A stretch of 64,000 nucleotides of DNA from an uncultured Collinsella sp. Its GTDB lineage: Bacteria > Actinomycetota > Coriobacteriia > Coriobacteriales > Coriobacteriaceae. Below, piece by piece: positions 59,860 to 64,000 of this stretch. The stretch covers positions 13,051 through 77,050 of the forward strand of contig CAUDDF010000003.1 in NCBI GenBank assembly GCA_958448275.1, read 5' to 3'. Each line of letters begins with the position of its first letter. The stretch's first letter is position 1. The position numbers were made by a program, and so were the translations under genes. Under the pieces are notes generated by a model. The model was not told the origin of the DNA, did not search any database, and saw nothing but the letters and a program-made list of their open reading frames with translations.

Positions 59860-60489
59860 CTAGCCTCGTAGATAGGCGATGGCGATTTGGGTGCGGTTGC
59901 GTAGCCCCATTTTGGCTAGGATTGAGCTGATGTGGTTGCGCACGGTGCCTTCGCCCATATAGGCGGTGGCAGCGATCTCCTTGTTGTCGAGGCCGCGGGC
60001 GATGAGCTCGGCGACTTCGAACTCGCGGTCGGTCAGGCCGGCAAAGGCGGCGGGCCGGCGGGTCGCGCCGGCCTCGACGTCCGCCCCATCAAAGTTGATA
60101 TCTTCGATCGCCTTGCCCTCGAGCACGCGTTTGCCGTCCATGACCTGCGCCAACGCCGGCGGAATGGCAGCGACATCGGTCTTGATCAGGTAGCCGCGGG
60201 CGCCCAGCTTGAGCGCCGACACAATGTACTCGTCATCCAAGAATGTCGTCAGAAACACCACGCGCGCCGCAGGGTCGTGCTCAAGGATCTCGCGCGCGGC
60301 CGAAAGGCCGTCGCGTCCCGGCATCTGGATGTCGAGCAGCGCGATATCGGGTGCGTGCTCAGCGTAGAGCGCCACCGCATCGTTGCCGTTGGCACCGGTG
60401 CCCACCACTTCGATCTGCGGCTGGGCGCCCAAGATAATCTTGAGCGAATCGACCACCAAGCGGTCGTCGTCGACAACGATGAGCCTCAT
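59860..60489 (-). CDS. NarL/LuxR-family response regulator
   Basis: VVDDD, LLDIQMP, LTTF, GYLIK; LTDREFEV...GLDNKEIA......GTVRNHISSILAK. Confidence 0.95.
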   Translation of the reverse strand: MRLIVVDDDRLVVDSLKIILGAQPQIEVVGTGANGNDAVALYAEHAPDIALLDIQMPGRDGLSAAREILEHDPAARVVFLTTFLDDEYIVSALKLGARGYLIKTDVAAIPPALAQVMDGKRVLEGKAIEDINFDGADVEAGATRRPAAFAGLTDREFEVAELIARGLDNKEIAATAYMGEGTVRNHISSILAKMGLRNRTQIAIAYLRG

Positions 60490-61631
60490 CGGCCCTCATC
60501 TCCTTGCTGTTTGGGAACGGTGGCAAACACACGCCAGCCGCCGGCGCCGGCACGCGGGCCGGCGGTGAAGGTGCCGCCAAGCGCCTCGATGCGCTCGCGC
60601 ATGGAGGTAAGCCCCATGCCCTCCGCGGTGCCGCGGCCGCTTGCTTGGACCTCACCCACGCCATCGTCGGTAACAATGAGCTGGTAAAACGACGGATGCT
60701 CCATGCACCGTACGGTGACGGTCTGGGCGCAAGCGTGGCGCATGGTATTGGAGAGCGCTTCGCGCAGGACCGCTGCAAAGCAGTTGGCGACGTTTGCGGG
60801 CGCATGTTCGGCCATAACTTCAAGCTCAATCTGCGGGCCGCCGTCCGAGCGTGTGCCTTCGACAATGCGTTCGAGCTGCACGGAAAGGTCGACGGCGTTG
60901 TCGTTGAGCGCGTGGACGCTGGTGCGCACAAGCTGGAGCGCCTCGTCAACCGTGCGTTTAACGTCGGCGAAATCGGCGGCGACGCCAGGCTCGTCGGCGT
61001 GGACCACGCGTAGGGCTTCGGCCTGCAGTGAGGCGCGCGTGAGCTGGTGCCCGACGTTATCGTGGATCTCGCGCGCGATGCGGGCGCGTTCGGCGAGCGT
61101 CGCGAGCTCGACTTCGTAGTCCTGGCGGTCGGCGAGGTCGCGGTTGCGTGCCTCGAGTGCCAGGGCGCGTTCTTGCAGCTTGTCGCGGGTGCGACGCATG
61201 CGTTCCTGTTCGCGCTCCAGCTGCGCGGTGCGCAGCGACAGCAACGTGGCGGCGACCGAAAGGATGGCGGTTAACAGCAGCGTTCGGGTGGTGAGCACGC
61301 CACCACGAAGGTCCGCGACAAGCGCGCAGACAAGCACGGCGCCAATCGCCAGCGCGGGCCAGATTCGTTCACGGTGAACGCGTCGCGCGATGTCATAGAG
61401 AGCGAGAGGCGCAAACGGCACAAACGGCGGCACGAAGACTGCCGCGATGATGTAAACGTAGCTCGCGGTCTCGCTCGCACGGCGGGCGCGGTTTCCCTGT
61501 GCGACCTCGGCCAGCGAGGTGGCAATAACGCCAAGGCAAAACGCCGCGACCAGGCGAGCGTCCACAGCAAGACCCATGGCGGCCGCAATACAGCACGCCA
61601 GCACGATCGATTTGTCGAAAAGCCTGTTCAT
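60486..61631 (-). CDS. HisKA_3-type membrane sensor histidine kinase
   Basis: N-terminal TM helices; ERARIAREIHDNVGH, EALSNTMRHA, DDGVG, GMGLTSMRER. Confidence 0.93.
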   Translation of the reverse strand: MNRLFDKSIVLACCIAAAMGLAVDARLVAAFCLGVIATSLAEVAQGNRARRASETASYVYIIAAVFVPPFVPFAPLALYDIARRVHRERIWPALAIGAVLVCALVADLRGGVLTTRTLLLTAILSVAATLLSLRTAQLEREQERMRRTRDKLQERALALEARNRDLADRQDYEVELATLAERARIAREIHDNVGHQLTRASLQAEALRVVHADEPGVAADFADVKRTVDEALQLVRTSVHALNDNAVDLSVQLERIVEGTRSDGGPQIELEVMAEHAPANVANCFAAVLREALSNTMRHACAQTVTVRCMEHPSFYQLIVTDDGVGEVQASGRGTAEGMGLTSMRERIEALGGTFTAGPRAGAGGWRVFATVPKQQGDEGR

Positions 61632-61637
61632 ACGGGT

Positions 61638-61643
61638 ATTGTA
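61638..61643 (-). promoter_or_regulatory. -10 box implying a leaderless kinase transcript
   Basis: TACAAT ends 6 nt before the ATG and there is no SD. Confidence 0.5.
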
Positions 61644-61829
61644 CGCGAAGCCGCGCATGGTGGAGGGGCCGCCTGCGCAACCGTGACATTCCTCCCGCGC
61701 GGCAAAGCGGGGGCGTCGGCAGGCCGCACGACCAAGACCCCGCACTCGTGACAAAGCTCACTGGTGCGCGCCGGCGGTTCCTGCGATGATGCAATCGTAC
61801 CGGGCCGCAATCAACAGAAGGGCCGCCTC

Positions 61830-62768
61830 ATGACAGACATCGTCCACGTCGAAAATCTCGTCAAGCGCTACGACGATCTTATCGCGCTCGACCACTTTAA
61901 TCTGAGCATCGCCCCCGGCGAGATCTTTGGCCTGCTGGGCCCCAACGGCTCGGGCAAGACCACGTCCATCAACTGCATTCTGCAGCTGCTCGCCTACGAC
62001 AAAGGCACCATCGAGCTGTTCGGTGAACCCATGACGCCCGCCCGCTATGACCTCAAGCGCCGCATCGGCGTGGTCCCGCAGCAAGTTGCGGTGTTCGACG
62101 AGCTCACCGTGCGCGAGAACATCGACTATTTCTGCAGTCTCTACGTCAACGACCGCAAGCGCCGCCGTGCGCTGGTCGACGAGGCCATCGACTTTGTCGG
62201 CTTGGGCGACTTTGCCAAGTTCCGCCCCGGCAAGCTCTCGGGCGGCCTGGCGCGTCGTCTCAACATTGCCTGCGGCATCGCGCACAAGCCCGAGCTCATC
62301 TTTTTTGACGAGCCCACGGTGGCGGTCGACCCGCAGAGCCGCAACGCCATCCTGGAGGGCATCTGCCGCCTGCGCGACGAGGGCGCCACGGTGGTGTATA
62401 CCAGCCATTACATGGAGGAAGTCGAGCAGATCTGCAGCCGCATCATGATCATGGACGGCGGCCGCGTGCTGGCGCAGGGCACCAACGACGAGCTCAAACG
62501 CATGATTCAGATGGGCGAGCGCGTGACCGTCGAGGTGGGCGCCGTCGAGCCAGCCACGGTCGAGCGGCTGCGCGCCCTCGAGCACGTGCTCAGCGTCGAG
62601 CTGTCCGGCGGCGAGCTCGTCTGCACCTGCGAGACGAGTCCGCACAATCTGGTCGACATCCTCGACACGCTGCGCGCTGCCGACGTTGCGCTCGGCCGCG
62701 TGTGGAGCGAGCCACCGACCCTCAACGACGTGTTCCTCGAGATCACCGGCCGCGAGCTGCGCGACTAG
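61830..62768 (+). CDS. ABC-2 exporter ATP-binding protein (LnrL/YfiL-like)
   Basis: GPNGSGKTT, LSGGLARR, FDEPTVAVDPQSR, YTSHYMEE, PTLNDVFLEITGRELRD. Confidence 0.92.
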   Translation: MTDIVHVENLVKRYDDLIALDHFNLSIAPGEIFGLLGPNGSGKTTSINCILQLLAYDKGTIELFGEPMTPARYDLKRRIGVVPQQVAVFDELTVRENIDYFCSLYVNDRKRRRALVDEAIDFVGLGDFAKFRPGKLSGGLARRLNIACGIAHKPELIFFDEPTVAVDPQSRNAILEGICRLRDEGATVVYTSHYMEEVEQICSRIMIMDGGRVLAQGTNDELKRMIQMGERVTVEVGAVEPATVERLRALEHVLSVELSGGELVCTCETSPHNLVDILDTLRAADVALGRVWSEPPTLNDVFLEITGRELRD

Positions 62769-62777
62769 GGGGCGGCC

Positions 62778-63965
62778 ATGTTCAACACCATTATCATTAC
62801 GGTCAAGACGCTGCTGCGCCGGCCGAGCACGTGGGTTTGGGGCGCTCTCTTTCCCATCGCGCTTTCCACGATGTTTATGTTTATGTTTGCGAACCTCAGC
62901 TCCGACGGCAAGATCGACCCGGTGCCAGTGGCTGTCGTAGCGGATGAGGCCTGGGACGCCTCGACCTTTAAGGATGCGGCGGCTTCGCTTGCCAAGGAGA
63001 GCGACAATCAGCTGCTCGAGATCCACGAGTGCGACGACGCAGCCGATGCGAACCGTGCGCTTAAGGCCGGCGAGGTCGCGGGCATCTATACGGTCGACGA
63101 CGCAGGCGCACCCAAGCTCACACTGCTATCGAGCTACGACAGCTCGCGCGCATCATCGGTGCTCACCGATCGCAGCATCCTGGAGACGGTGGCAAGCTCG
63201 TATACACAAAATGCCGAGCTCATGTCCCAGATTGCCCAGGACAACCCGGCGGCACTCGCCGACCCCGAGGCGGTTGCGCGCGCTCTGTCGCTCGAGGGCG
63301 GCACCCGCCGCGTAAGCCTGACACGCACCACGCCCGATGGCACGGTCATCTACTATTACGCGCTCTTTGGCCTGGTGGCGATGATGTCTGCCGAGTTTGC
63401 CGCCTTGAGCGTCGTCGATCTGCAACCCAATCTGTCGGGCCTTGGCGCGCGCCGCTGCGCGGGTGGTCTTTCCAAAACGGCGTCGCTGGCCGGTATCTTT
63501 GTGGGCTCGTGGCTGGTCTCCTTTGCCTCGATGGCGATCGCGATCGGCTACGTGCGTCTGGTCGTGGGCGTCGACTTTGGCGGGCGCGAGGGGCTGTGTT
63601 TGGTGGGCGGCGCCGCTTCCGCGCTTGCCGCCACGGGCTTGGGACTCTTTGTGGGCACGCTTCCCGTTAAGGGCGGCAAGGCGTCCAAGTCTGGCATCCT
63701 CACGGGCTTTGCCACTACGTGCGCCCTGTTCGCCGGCCTCTACGGCGAGCCTGCGATGGCGCTTGCCGACGACGTCGCCCGCGCCTGCCCGGCTGAGTGC
63801 TGGCTCAACCCCGTCAAGCTTATCTGCGACATGTTCAACCGCCTGTATTTCTTTGAAGACTTGGGGCCTTTTGCCGTTCGCGCGGGCGCGCTGGTCCTCA
63901 TGACGCTGGTGTTTGTTGCCGCCGCCACGCTGATTTTTGGAAGGAGCCGCTATGAGCACCTTTAA
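62778..63965 (+). CDS. ABC-2 exporter permease
   Basis: N-terminal TM (ALFPIAL), extracellular domain, several C-terminal TMs, NP motif. Confidence 0.85.
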   Translation: MFNTIIITVKTLLRRPSTWVWGALFPIALSTMFMFMFANLSSDGKIDPVPVAVVADEAWDASTFKDAAASLAKESDNQLLEIHECDDAADANRALKAGEVAGIYTVDDAGAPKLTLLSSYDSSRASSVLTDRSILETVASSYTQNAELMSQIAQDNPAALADPEAVARALSLEGGTRRVSLTRTTPDGTVIYYYALFGLVAMMSAEFAALSVVDLQPNLSGLGARRCAGGLSKTASLAGIFVGSWLVSFASMAIAIGYVRLVVGVDFGGREGLCLVGGAASALAATGLGLFVGTLPVKGGKASKSGILTGFATTCALFAGLYGEPAMALADDVARACPAECWLNPVKLICDMFNRLYFFEDLGPFAVRAGALVLMTLVFVAAATLIFGRSRYEHL

Positions 63966-64000
63966 GACCGCGCTTCGCATGGCGCTGGCGCACCCGTTCT
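63952..64000 (+). CDS. Second ABC-2 permease, N-terminal fragment (runs off the window)
   Basis: SD aaggag then ATG, MSTFKTALRMALAHPF, overlapping the previous stop. Confidence 0.6.
   Translation, partial: MSTFKTALRMALAHPF

Noticed and set aside
50007..59860. Genomic island integrated at tRNA-fMet carrying bilR and ech
   Set aside because: No integrase, no direct repeat of the tRNA 3' end seen in the window, and codon usage is host-like.

Overview
High-GC anaerobic actinobacterial chromosome segment. Gene content and codon style suggest Coriobacteriia, probably Collinsella-like (inference only). Most of the window is housekeeping: typA (partial), two tRNA-Ser, rpsF-ssb-rpsR-rplI, dnaB, purA/purD/purE/purF/purM/purN, carAB, glmU-prs-pth, nfnAB, xth, a sirtuin, a folP-folK fusion, coaX and tRNA-fMet. 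It also holds several transporters, a class B sortase, an HGDR-motif Old Yellow Enzyme (bilirubin reductase BilR-like), an Ech-type [NiFe] hydrogenase operon with fused EchA-EchB, and a NarL-type two-component system with an ABC exporter. The most unusual signals are non-coding or structural: (i) a stand-alone AAA+/DUF4143-type ATPase gene bracketed by three same-orientation copies of a 43-bp palindrome; (ii) two mosaic arrays of ~160-bp covarying hairpins alternating with a ~55-70-bp spacer unit; (iii) a ~190-210-bp palindrome read in frame inside an ECF ATPase; (iv) a diversified family of GGGAC-core REP-like hairpins; (v) an inverted copy of a tRNA-Ser 3' end. No CRISPR array, rRNA, integrase or complete transposase was seen. 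All calls were made by eye from sequence and motifs; no searches were run.
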